Source: Hyaloraphidium curvatum SAG 235-1 (taxonomy: Eukaryota; Fungi; Monoblepharomycota). Taken from it: 64,000 bases of DNA. The stretch's first letter is position 1; each line of letters starts with the position of its first letter. The position numbers were made by a program, and so were the translations under genes. The notes under the pieces were generated by a model, which saw nothing but the letters and a program-made list of their open reading frames with translations, ran no database searches and was not told the DNA's origin. The DNA is taken from NCBI GenBank assembly GCA_025558095.1, contig JAIVFI010000020.1, positions 248,001 to 312,000 on the forward strand. The letters are read 5' to 3'. Shown one piece after another: positions 46,026 through 57,242 of the stretch.

Positions 46026-46643
46026 CGATGTTCGCGGCGCAGAGGAGGAAACTCGCGTCTCCCAGCATCGTCCGCAAATGAGGGCCTTGACCATCAACCA
46101 TTCCGACAAGTTGACCCCCCGAAAAGGGCGGAATAGGTAGTCTTTTGCGATGGCAAGGACGCCCCCGGCCCGAATGGACGTTGATCTATTGGTCCGTCCG
46201 CGGTAGGAAGCCAGGACCGTGGGCAGAGGCATCAACGATAGATCCGCTCCCACTGTCAATAGATCCGAGATCTTCATGAAGAGAGAATCACAAGAAGAGC
46301 ATCAGATCTCCCTCTTTGCTGGGTGATTGATCCGCCTGCTTCCGGGAGACAAGTGAGCCTCGCTTCGGCATCCGGTGGCAAGCCGGGTCGCGATTCCGCT
46401 TCATCACCCCCTCGTCGCACGCGCGCATCACGGGGCGCTCGTGCGTCGGGCCGTGCGGCTCGCATTCTACGGAATCGCCTTTGTGCGCGCTGGGCCGCGG
46501 AATCTTGGCCGGGCCCTCGCGGGAGGCCCCGGAAGCTTTGGACGCGACATTTCGAAACCGGCCCGATACGTGGCCCCGGGGCTGCACCGGCGCCGGAACG
46601 CGCGTGATTTGCCTCTTTCCTCGTCCATTTGCTGCTCTTGAAC

Positions 46644-49600
46644 ATGCCCTTTGATGCGCGGAACCCGGACCTGCGATGGGAGGGCCACCGGGCCGGGCGA
46701 TTCGCCAACATCATCAGCAGGACCACGTTCCAAACCGGACTGGAGCAACAGGCAGTAGTCTTTGTCATTGAATGCCTGCTCAAGTGCGTTTCCATCGCCC
46801 GGGACCGCGCCGTGCCGCATATGGCTTTCAAGGGAGCCTACGAGGCGGACCGTATCCTCGCGCACCCCGACGTTGACATGATGAGATATGATCACCAACT
46901 CGGCATCCTCCGGCCGACGGGTACGTTATCTGAATGCAGCTCATCGTCCCAGACCGCGCTGACGACGCCTCATTCGCAGATTTCAGCCCGCTCACCGGCG
47001 ACGTGGAGTACGCCGACAACTACATCGCCACATCGGAATTTCAGATGTTCGGCGACTACGACCTTGCCTCGTGGGATCGCGACGGCCAACTCCTGTCGGG
47101 ACACTGTGAGAGCCGCTTTGGTCTTGGCTTCAGGTCGCTTGCTGATGACCGATCACGCGTCAGTTCGGGACCCGCTCGAGATCCCTCCCCACTTGTGGGA
47201 GATGATGAGGATAACGGACAACGATCAGGACTTTGCAAAGGCGCTGAGGGTCGAATGGCCGGGGCGGCCATGTAGGTTTCGGTTGCTTTCACGGCTGACG
47301 ACAGTTGACATTGCGCTGCAGGGGTCTCGGAAAGCAACAAGCCGCCGTCGCCCTTCGAGACGTCGTACCGAAACTTCCGGGAGCGGTTCATCGTCCCGGC
47401 AATGCACGAAGACTACGGTCAGGGTCTCAGATTGCCGCTTGCTTCCGACATGCTGACGTCTTCCCCCCGACAGATTGGCCCGACGGAGATCGCGCACCGC
47501 GCTTCGACGTCCACGCTACAGAAGTGGACCCCTCGCCGGCACACCTTCGCTGCATTCCATACCTGATGGGTCACGAGATTGTGCAAGACATCGGTGCAGA
47601 ACTGGAGACCAGTCCGTCCATCATGCGTCTTGCACTCTTCCTCAGACTGATTCCTCCTGTAGGCTCTCGAGCACTTTTCGCCGAAAACTTCATCGACTAC
47701 CTGGATCGATTTTTCAAATCGCTCGTGGACGCCTGTCCGCACACGCAGAACCTCCACCCGGATGACCGCAAGCGGCTTCGTAAGCACTTCATTCTTGATT
47801 GCGTCTGGTTGTCTGACGGGCTCCGCATCTCTCTCGCAGTCAAGCGTATGCGGCTCCTGGTGTCGCCACGCGTGGTCAAGAGTCGCATGCTCTTCTTCAT
47901 GATGTTATTCTCGTCGGCATTCCTGTTCGAGGGGATCCACTTCCCTTCCGACGTCGCGCCGTACGTCAACGCCCGGCGCGCAATCGCAGGCATGATTTTG
48001 TGGGCGCTTGAGCGTTGCTTCGATGACTACGTCGTCCCTGATTTCGCTCCATCAGACGTGCTCGGCGATGGCTTCAGACCATCGCCGATTCCATTCGCGA
48101 CCTCGCTCCTTGGGATCCGGAGGTCGCTCCGACGGAGGAGAACCTTTCGTCGCGCGTTCATGCCGGCTTTTGGGGATACGTATTCGAGAATGACATGCTC
48201 GCCGCATCGCGCGCGCGTGGCTTCGTCCGGTGAGCTGCATCGTGGTCATCTCGTATCCACTTTCTCAATTCTTGCAGGTTCATGTCCTTCGCCGTGCCTC
48301 CACCGGTCAAGACGCACCCCAAGGCCAAGGTCGACCCGCCAATGAAGCTCTACTCGTCGCACTGGAACTTCACCGTCGGTGAGCTGTGATGTGCGACAGG
48401 CCGATGGATCTGTCTCTCACGCCCGTTCGTCACCAGATTCTATCGACATTTCGGGAAATACGGCGGCTCGAATCCTGGCCTTGCTCCGTATTGCCGTGAG
48501 CTGCCTTCTGCCGATGCCTTCGGCAGTCACACATCATCGCGTGCCCAGGACATCCCATTCTTGCCAGCAGGCTGGCAGCAGCCGGACCTGCCACCTTTCA
48601 TACATCGAACCAAAGCTCGTACGCAAACCAGTGGCTTTTTCATCACCGCCAAAGGCACTCCTGCCAAAGGCGACCAGCTGGTCGGCATGCAGCTTCGCAG
48701 CCAGGCGGAACTCTTTGAGCTCGAGCGCAACAAGGCGCTCGTCATGAACAAGCCTGCTTTCGCCGACCGTCGCCGGATCTTCTCCAAGGCTATCACCATG
48801 TACATCAACAAGGGCAACGAGTGGCGCGACGGTATGTCGTTTGTGAGGTTCGGCAGTTGCGGGTGATGACGACGGTGCGGCAGGAAAACCGAGCGAAGGA
48901 CCGATCCCCGTCAACCACTACCTCATAAACACCAACTCGACCGATGCGTTCCACTTGTATCGGCTCAACACAGGCGGCCTCTTGAAGTCCGACCCGTTCA
49001 AGAAGCGTGAGTTCCGTGGCTGCTTCGCGCCCAGCTCTTCTAATTCCCCGTCACGTCCCAGGGCGCCACACCACGTGGCAGGAATTGAACGGCCCGCGGT
49101 TCCGTCGCCCGCCGCGGCACTACACGCCGCCGGATCCGGCGCTTGTTGACGGGCAGTTCAACGACTTCACTCTGCAGCCAGTCACGCCACACGAGCAGTG
49201 GTACCAGCCGGGGCAGACCAATCTTGGGGCCGATCTCGGTGAGAGTTTGACGCCGTTGCACCACCGCAGACCGCTGGCTGATCGCGCTCGACTTGCAGGA
49301 TACGCGTTCGGTGCTGTTCTCGTCAACCTCAACCTCGTCCTGGACCCGCCGGACCCCGTCGGCTTCTACGACGTCGCTGGTCGGGCGAACGCGAAGGAAA
49401 CGCGACGCGAGAACGTGCGGAAGCTCCGCGGCCGGACGATTCAGTGGGTCTTCGTCGACCTTCTCTTCGGACATCTGAGTTGATTACTTTGTACAGGAAA
49501 GTCCAAGGTGGCCAACGGTTCAACGCCCTCATGCGAAGGCACAAGACCGACGAGATCAAGGGCAAGTAGCGGACCGTGGCCTGATTCTCTTTCTCCTCAC

Positions 49601-51262
49601 ACCCCCCAACAGATGCCGAGGACTTCCTCGAGGGGCGAGTCGTCGAGTTTGAGCACGGCGCGTCGCTGGAGTCCATGGGCTACTGGCTCGCCAAGCGCCA
49701 CTTTGTCGCACCCACGTGAGTCGCCTATCGCTCACGCGAGTCGAAGCGTTGACTTTGTTTCGGCAGCCTCCGCGAATACTACATGTCCCGGCGCCACCGC
49801 GCCATGCTCTTTGAGCGTCGCACAACAAGGCAGGCCACCAACTACGACCTGCAGCACCACCTGCTCAAGACCGGGGTTCGTCACCTCTCTTCCCCGCACA
49901 CCAATGCGACTAAAGTCTGCTTCTCGCCTTTCACAGATGCCATTCACCCTCCGCCAGCCTCGGCCGGGCAACGCGCGCGAGGAGGCGCAGGGATACCGCT
50001 ACCTACCTTTTGCCTGGCCGTTTGCGCGCCGCCAGGCGCCCAACGGCAAGCGGCACCACACCGCCAACCGCAAGACAAAGCGAGCGGATCGAAAGACCTG
50101 GAACGACCCCTCGATCGTCGACAGCCGGTTTCGCGCTCCGGAGTTCCAGCGCCCGCGCGGGTTTCCGAAACCGATCCGCATCGCCGTCGGCAAGGGCGGC
50201 ACGAAGCCGGACAAGCGCTACCCGCCCATCGGCGTGCGGGTGAGTTTGAAGCTCGCTAGTACTCTGCAGCATCTGAGCGTCGCACCGACAGGCAATCCTT
50301 CGCACGGCCATGTTCGAGGGTGTTCACCTCGATGGCATGACCGAGACCGGGACCACCGGCACGTGCATGCCGGCCGTCGTCGCAGACGGAGGCACCGGCC
50401 ACAAGATGAAGCGAGCAGGAGTTTCAGCACGAGCAGTCGATGGAGGCGCTCGTGGTTCCTGCATCCCACGCTCGCCCGGCGCTACCCGGATGTGCGCTTC
50501 GTCCCCGATGCCATGGTGGTGGACGACGGCTCCTGCCTCACCGGTGCCGCGGCCATGGCGCAGGGAGACGTCATGCTGGCGCTGGTGCGCCGCGTGGCAT
50601 CGCCCGAAATCGCCGACCTGACGGCACGCTGTCTTCAATGAAGGATGTGTCCTTCACCGCATTGCTTTGGCCCATCTGCAGTTGTTGTGGAATACGCACC
50701 GACGTCGTCGGTACGGCAACATCACCATCACCATTCACGACTCCGATCACCAGTGAGTGATCGCCAGACGCCTTCCGCCGACTCTTGCGCTGACCATCTG
50801 ACGGTGTGGCCAGGACGAGACGCCGGAACGACGGAACCAAGCACCATAGCAAGCGGTTCTGTGTCACGGAAAGGGTTCCTGTCTCGCAGTGCACGACTCG
50901 CGATGAGGAAGGTGAGCTACGGCGCTCTGGATCTTCTTTTGCGCCGACCCAATGATCTCCTTCCCGCTTTAGAGGTCAGCACGTGGCGGCTCTTGGTCTG
51001 CGGGGGGCCGCAGGCCCAGCAGCACGACCACGGCGGTCACCGGCACCTGATCCTTCCCCGAGCCCAAGGGAGGGACGAGACGGTCTACAACCGCGACGTG
51101 CCCTCCGCGGGGCTCATGATCTACAACAACCTCTACGCCACCGAGAACCGCGGCGCCCGCCCGCCGTACAACCGGAACAAGTGGTATCGCGGCCCCGTGC
51201 CGCAGCGGATCTGGGAGGGCCACCCGCCCAACCAGGAGCTCGACGCCGCGGGGATTGGGTGA
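46644..51262 (+). CDS. Divergent intron-rich Fanzor1-like nuclease (roughly 1,100 aa, about 18 introns); probably disrupted near 50450
   Basis: Phase-consistent splicing gives NSTDAFHL, RuvC-I NLGADLG (D 49232), GGQRFN...TLREYYMSRRHRAMLF...RQ, IRIAVGKGG, RuvC-II HLDGMTETGTTGTC (E 50343), and WRLLVC...RuvC-III YNRDVPSAGLM (D 51095)...ARPP. Confidence 0.78.
50450..50638 (+). pseudogene. Intronless fragment resembling the DJ-1/PfpI domain of bacterial GlxA (AraC-family) regulators
   Basis: SWFLHPTLARRYPDVRFVPDAMVVDDGSCLTGAAAMAQGDVMLALVRRVASPEIADLTARCL. Confidence 0.65.
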
Positions 51263-51600
51263 GTCGCTCGATCCCCCGGCGTCGGGCCGGGGGCGTCGAT
51301 ACCCTTATACCCGCGATACCCCTCGGACTCTCCTCTATACCTCCGGCCCGCGATGAGCTGGTCGTTCGATACCCCTGGTCGTCCGATACCCTCCTCTCCT
51401 TATTGATAGAGTAGACGGCTCTCGGGAGCCGGTGCTAACCCGTGGATGGGCTGACCATAGCGATCTGCGGGCGGGGCACCATCATCTAGTTCACGCGCGA
51501 GATGCAGACGGCGCCGCATACAACGGCGTGTGATCAACGTGTCATCGCATGAAGTGTAGCAATACATTTGGTTGATGTTACTTGGGCGATTGGGCGAGGA
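51263..51600 (+). ncRNA. Putative omegaRNA region of Fanzor B
   Basis: Hairpins at 51273-51293, 51416-51431, 51431-51480, 51512-51528 and 51552-51569 (GCAA tetraloop), directly downstream of the RuvC-III exon. Confidence 0.5.
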
Positions 51601-51613
51601 CGCGCCTCCCTGT
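51567..51613 (+). repeat. Right copy of the direct repeat (contains an extra ACTT)
   Basis: TTTGGTTGATGTT-ACTT-GGGCGATTGGGCGAGGACGCGCCTCCCTGT. Confidence 0.9.
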
Positions 51614-51634
51614 TCAGTCACCCCATTCCACAAA

Positions 51635-53103
51635 ATGAGCTGGAAGGGCTTCAAAAAGGCGGTCGAGCGGCTGCCGCACCAGGTCATGGGCGGCGGCGCG
51701 ACGACGGTGGACGAGGACTTCAACGAGCTCGAGTCGGAGCTCAAGCACCTCGAGACGTGCGCGACGAAGCTGCGGAACGACGCGGAGAAGTTCAAGGAGG
51801 CCGTGCATGCGAGCCTGGACCACCAGGAGAAGATGGCCCAGGTCCTCTCCGAGGTGCGGCCGACCGGGGGAAGGCGCGGCGCGGCCCTGAGCACCCCGCG
51901 CAGGCCTACCAACCGATACCATCGCGCGTGCTGTCGCCCACGGGTCAGCAGCGCGAGCTGACCCAGGCTTCGGAGGAGTCGCAGAGGACGGTGCAGGAGT
52001 ACGCGGATTCAATGCGGCGGGCGAAGGAGGAGCTTATACCCGAGCTGGTCTGTGCCCGAGCGCAGTGGACCGCCCTGTTCCCTGCTTTATCCATTCGGCC
52101 GTCTCCAGGATCTCATCGACCGGCGTATCGTGCAGCCGACCAAGGATTTCCTTGAGATCATCGGGAACATCAAGAAACTGATCGTGAAGCGCGGCCACAA
52201 GCTGCTGGACTACGACCGGCACCGCCTGGCGCTCCAAAAGGCCAAGGAGCGCAAGGACCGACAGGCCGCGGACGAGCGCCGGATCGCCGAGCTCGAGCAG
52301 AAGTTCGAGCAGGCCACGCGCGAGTACACCACCATCAACAACGCCCTCCTCTCCGAGCTTCCCACCTTCCTCCAGTACCGCGTGCACTTTGTGGACCCCT
52401 GCTTCCAGACCCTCTTTGCCGTGCAGCTCCGCGTGCACCGCACCATGGCCGACACCTTCTACCGGCTGGCCCAGAACACGTGCGACCTGACCACTTCGCC
52501 GCTGGAGGGCTTCGAGCGGCGCAAGGGCGAAGGGGAGCAGCTCCTCGGGGAGCTCACCATCCTCAAGGGGTCCTGGAAGACGGCCGCGGGCGGGCCGACG
52601 CCGCAAGGGTCCACGGACGACCTGGCGTACGGGAGTCCCGTGCGGAGCAACGCGCGGGGGTCGCAGGACGGGCTGGAGGAGGGGCAGCAGGCGCCGCCGC
52701 CGTACGAGTCGGCGAAGCTGTTCCCGGCGCCGCAGCCGGCGGCCGCCGGGCCCGCCGGGCCGAGGAAACAGGCGCCGCCGCCACCTGCGGCGAAGAAGAA
52801 GCCCATGGTGCAGGCGCTCTACGACTTCGAGGCGCAGCAGCAAGGGGATCTGAGCTTCCGGAAGGTGGGGCGAGAAGGCGGCGGTGTGGTTCAGCGGCTC
52901 ACATTTCTTCCGCTTGCCTTTCCCAGGGCGACCAAATCGAGATTTTGGAGCGCACGGCGGACGTGAACGACTGGTGGACAGGGCGGATCGGGAACCGCGA
53001 GGGCCAGTTCCCTGGAAACGTAGGTCACCGCTCCTGCTTGCCAAGCTCCTCTCTCTGACCCGGCCCCGGTTCGCAAACTCGCCAGTACGTTGCAGAATTA
53101 TAG
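51635..53103 (+). CDS. RVS167: BAR + SH3 amphiphysin
   Basis: MSWKGFKKAVERLPHQ, IVKRGHKLLDYDR; SH3 ALYDFEAQQQGDLSF...WWTGRIGNREGQFPGNYV. Confidence 0.9.
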
Positions 53104-53311
53104 TTTCTGCTCTCGTTATTTACAATTCAGGAGGAGTGCTACGTATACAAAGCGTGAGCCCAGCCCCGCCCCGTCCTCTTCGCATTAGCGCCCCGGCGCC
53201 CCATCATCCACATTGTGCACGGCATCACCGCCGGCGGGTATCGGAAAAGGCATCTCATCTCGTCGCTGCGCGCCGGCGCGCGCGGGTATCGGCCCCCGGC
53301 GGACGCGCGGC

Positions 53312-54959
53312 CTACTTGCCGCCGCGCTTGAGCTGCCCGCTGTTTTCGGCCGAGCTCTCCACCGTCACGTGGTGCCGGTGGTCCGGCGCCGCGCGCTGCC
53401 CGTAGTGCTGCATGACCCCGTGGATCACGCGGGGGAACATCGAGTCGGCGAGGAAGCGGTCCTCGAGGTGCTCCGAGGGCCGGTAGAGCTCCGTGCCCTC
53501 CATGAACATGTCGCACAGCTTGGGGCCCTGGTCCTTGCGCCAGCTGAAGGTCATGTTGGCCAGCCGCGGGTCGTTGGCCTTTTGGAGGCACTCGGAGTAG
53601 GAACGGGTGAGGTAGTGGTTGAGCCGGAGCGGTTCTACGAAAGAAGGTCAGCTTCTGGAGGAAGCAAAGCGCCGCGGGGCAACCCACCAATCACGACGCG
53701 CTCCCTGTGCTCGTAGTTCCACGTGTTGTGCAGCGCATCCACCGCCTTGTTCCCGTCCGCCGGCTCGATGCGGTGCGGGTTGGCTACCCGCTTGGTCCCC
53801 GCCAGGTTGAAGAGCCCCTTGCCGGCCTGGTTCTGCTGCTCCTTGTAGATCGTCAGCTTGCGCCGCGTGTACGACTCGATCGAGAGCAGGTGGCCCGGAC
53901 GCATGGCGTGGCCCGAGGAGCCAAAGTCGGAGCGGAAGAGCATGACAACCGATTCGTTGCGGGACTGGGACTCGGAGAGGAAGTAGTGCAGCGGCGAGCC
54001 CCACAGGCCGTTGAGGATAAAGTCGGGGTTGAAGTCGTGTGGGAGGTAGGTGATGAACTCGTCCACGTCGATGATGCCGACCCTGGAGGGTTGGGTGGCG
54101 CAGGTGGGGGGATCGTTTAGGGATCCACTCCCTTCGCAAGCCGCCCGCGGCCACATACCATGTGGACTCGTCGCGCCGCGTGATGTTGACGCAGTGCGCG
54201 ATGTGCCGCTCCTGCGCCAGCCGTTTGGGGCCGGGCCAGCGGAAGACGGTGGCGATGCCGATGTCGACGAAGAGCTTGAGCTTCTGCCACGTCTTGTCGG
54301 TCGACTCGTTGTCGTAGAGGTAGAAGTGGTGGACCCCGAGCAGATAGTGGTACCAGATCCACTCCTCGATGTAGTGCTGGGCGGGCAGGGCGGGTGAGCG
54401 GGGGATGTGGCCGGCGGGCGGGGTTGCCCACCTCCTCGTTCCGGACGATGGCGCATATCGAGAGGTAGTTCCGCGGCGGCTTGGCGTAGGGCGAGGTGAC
54501 GACGGCGGTCACGTAGCGCTTGACCAGCTCGTCGTCGAGGTGCTCCTTGCCCCAGTGGACGTGCACGGCGGTGGTCATCTTGGAGACCCACTGTATGGGC
54601 GGCGGCGTCGCGCGCCGCGCCCGCATGTCCGGCATCATCAGCATGGTCGAGAGGAAGATGATCGTCATGAGCAGCGCGCCGATGACGAACGGGCGGAAGG
54701 TCTGGGGGATGTGGTGCAGGCCGGCGATGGGGCCGAAGGGGGATGCCCTGCCGGGCGGCGGGGCAGATAGCCGCTTGATCTTGGGCGCGGCGACAAAGGG
54801 CAGCTGGGCGTCCGGCTCCAGCTTGTTGTAAGGCGGCGGCGGCTCGTCCACATATTCGTCCGAGGTCGTCGGCGACGGGATGGGCACGGGGATGCCGGCT
54901 CGGGAGGGGTCCGGCCCGTTGTTTGCGGGGCCTGCCCCGGGCAGGGGCGGCGGCCCCAT
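53312..54959 (-). CDS. Type II membrane glycosyltransferase, GT92/DUF23-like; multi-exon
   Basis: TM segment; YLSICAIVRNEE|HYIEEWIWYHYLLGVHHFYLYDNESTD; IIDVDEF (DxD); RLNHY. Confidence 0.8.
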
Positions 54960-55531
54960 CGCGGGCGCGGTGCCGGGAGGGCGGCCCGGATCCGTTGCGC
55001 GCAGGCCCGCAGTCCGGGGGCGTTTGACAGGCGCCGCGGTGGGTGCCCGAAATGGGCACGCCGCAAACTCTGCTGCGGCACTGCACCGCCCGGCGCCTCT
55101 CCGCCTCAGTAACCCCGGGTTACGGCGATCGCCCGGCGCTCGCCATGCAGCCCGGCTCTCACGGGGCCGGGCAGTCTGGAAAGCGAGGGGCGCACCGGGA
55201 ACTCGGAAGACTTTGTGACTCGGTGCCCGTGCGAGTGGTGGGGCGTTGCACCAGCCACCACAGCTCTGATTGACTGACTTTTGATCCCGATTCCTCCCTT
55301 TCTGCCTGCGGTCCTGCGGGATATGCGCCGCCGGCTCGGGTCCGCGACGCGCAGAAGATCGCGGAGGACCGCCCCGTGAAAGGGCGGGCCGACGCGCTTC
55401 AGTCGCCGCGTTGCCGAACCCAAGCCCTCCTATCTGCCCTTGCTCGAAAGGGCGAGGAGTCACTCTGCTGGTGGCCCTCGAGGCAGAAACCAAGTCCAGG
55501 CGTGGACTGATCCTTTTGGACCGAGCGGGAC

Positions 55532-57022
55532 ATGCTCGCCGCCGCGGCGTCGCGACGGGCCTACGCCTTCCTTGCGTTCGTCGCGGATCCCCGCCGCACC
55601 TCGCGGATTGTGCTGGGCGTGCTGCTGGCCGCCACCGTGGCCTTTGCCATCTGGCACACGCGGATCCCCGCGTCCCACCTGGACCCCGCCGCGCCCGCCG
55701 AGGCCGGCCCACTCGCCGCCCAGGATGCCGCACTGCCGCTGGCCGTCGCCGCCGCAGCGGGCGCCGTGGGCTCGCACTCCAAGGACTTTTACTACAACCT
55801 GCTCAAGGAAAAGACAAAGGGCGAGCTCATGGGCGAGTGGAACACCAACCTGCTCGTGCCCCTCCTGGCGGCCTTCTACACGCACCAGCGGCAGAACAAG
55901 GTCATTGGGAAGGGGAACATCTTTATCGACGTCGGGGCGCATACCGGGTGGTATTCCGGCCTCGTGATCGACTACTTTTCGAACCACCGATGCCGGAAAA
56001 TCCGGAAGCGCAACGGAGCGCTGCACCCGTGGCACTGCGAGGAGATGCACGAAGTGTTTATCGCATTTGAGCCGCTGGAGTCGAATCTCCAGTACCAGGT
56101 GGGGAGAACCGCCGCCGACGACGAGGAATTTTCTGATGGCTCCATTTTCGGGCCGTTGTCAGCGACTACGGGCGCAGGCCGAAGAGTGGAGCTTGGCGCC
56201 GTGGATCGGCGTGAAGGCCGCAGGTGGGCCCCGCGTTCCGTCCCCGCCGTCCGGCCACTCACCCCACCTTCCAGTCTCGGACCGCGACGCCAACATGAAA
56301 ATCTACTCCCGTTCCGTCGGCCAGCCCGGCCCGCCCGAAGCCCCGCGGATCGACCGCCAGGCCAGCCTGGCCCCCGCCGCCGCGCGCGCGGCGGAGAACG
56401 ACAGCGCCGATGTGCGCAGCTTCCGCTTGGACAGCTTCCTCTTCCGCGGACCCCATTTCGCGGGCAAAGAGGGCGGACTGCTGGTGCCGGAGCTGATCGG
56501 GGAGGTGGAGGTGCTGCAGGACGCGATGAAGATCCCGGACTGGCAGGTGTACCTCCTCAAGATCGACGCCGAGGGGTTCGACGGGTGGGTTGTCAGGGGG
56601 ACCGAGGAGCTGCTGAGGCAGAAGAGGGTCAAGTACCTCGTCTTTGGTGGGTTGCTCCAAAGCCCCCAGGCGAGCCCCCGTTTACGACGTCACCCGGCAG
56701 AGTACAACCCCAAATGGTTCGAGACGGGGCGGCAGATCACGCTCAAGGAAACGCTGTCTTTCTTGGACGGGCTCGGATACATCTGCTACTGGATCCTCAA
56801 GGACGTGGGTGTCCTTTGCCCCATTTCGGCGCGCCCCCCGCCTAACGGTCCGCCCGGCCGCCGCAGTACCTCATCCCCGCATCGGGGACCTACTGGGTCG
56901 ACGCATACGAGGACAAGTCGTGGTCCAACTTCTTCTGCGGGCGCAAGACGGACCCTGAGCTGGCCATCGTGCTGCGGCTCTATTCCCATGACCTGTTTAT
57001 CGGTCCGTTGACGACCGCATAG
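55532..57022 (+). CDS. FkbM-family (Methyltransf_21) SAM-dependent methyltransferase with N-terminal TM
   Basis: FIDVGAHTGWYS, AFEP and LLKIDAEGFD...RG. Confidence 0.8.
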
Positions 57023-57242
57023 CGGGATGTAATTCCGCAGAGCGAATATCAGCGATACCCGTGTGTTTGGACCCCAGCGCGGCGTTGCGCGCAATACCAC
57101 GCCGCTTTGGGGTCTGCCCTGGATGTTTGTGGCGACGCAATGCCAGCCTCGTTCAAAGCCGCCGCAGTCTGTTGTTTGGGCCGCCGAATCAACTGCAAAC
57201 ACTGAACTTCCCTCCCGCGCCGCCACTGCAATTCGCCGCGCA

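Larger units (their letters stand above)
46026..51566 (+). mobile_element. Fanzor-carrying insertion (element B) between divergent COA5 and RVS167
   Basis: Bounded by the direct repeat; contains the Fanzor B gene and a structured 3' region. No transposase recognised. Confidence 0.6.

Noticed and set aside
46128-46137. GCGGAATAGG identical to the right end of element A (5078-5087)
   Set aside because: Only 10 nt with no flanking similarity or partner repeat; compatible with chance.
46026-46640. Possible transposase or additional upstream exons at the left of island B, including minus-strand ORF 45648-46277
   Set aside because: No DDE, HUH or recombinase motifs are recognisable, and no phase-supported exon could be established.
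47990-48080. Apparent frameshift in Fanzor B
   Set aside because: Explained by a normal 56-nt intron, 48000-48055 (GTGGGC donor, CTGAT branch, CAG acceptor).
51481-51490. Hairpin followed by CTAG|T, resembling a Helitron 3' end
   Set aside because: No Rep/helicase or matching 5' end was identified, and structure continues downstream. Kept only as an alternative boundary.
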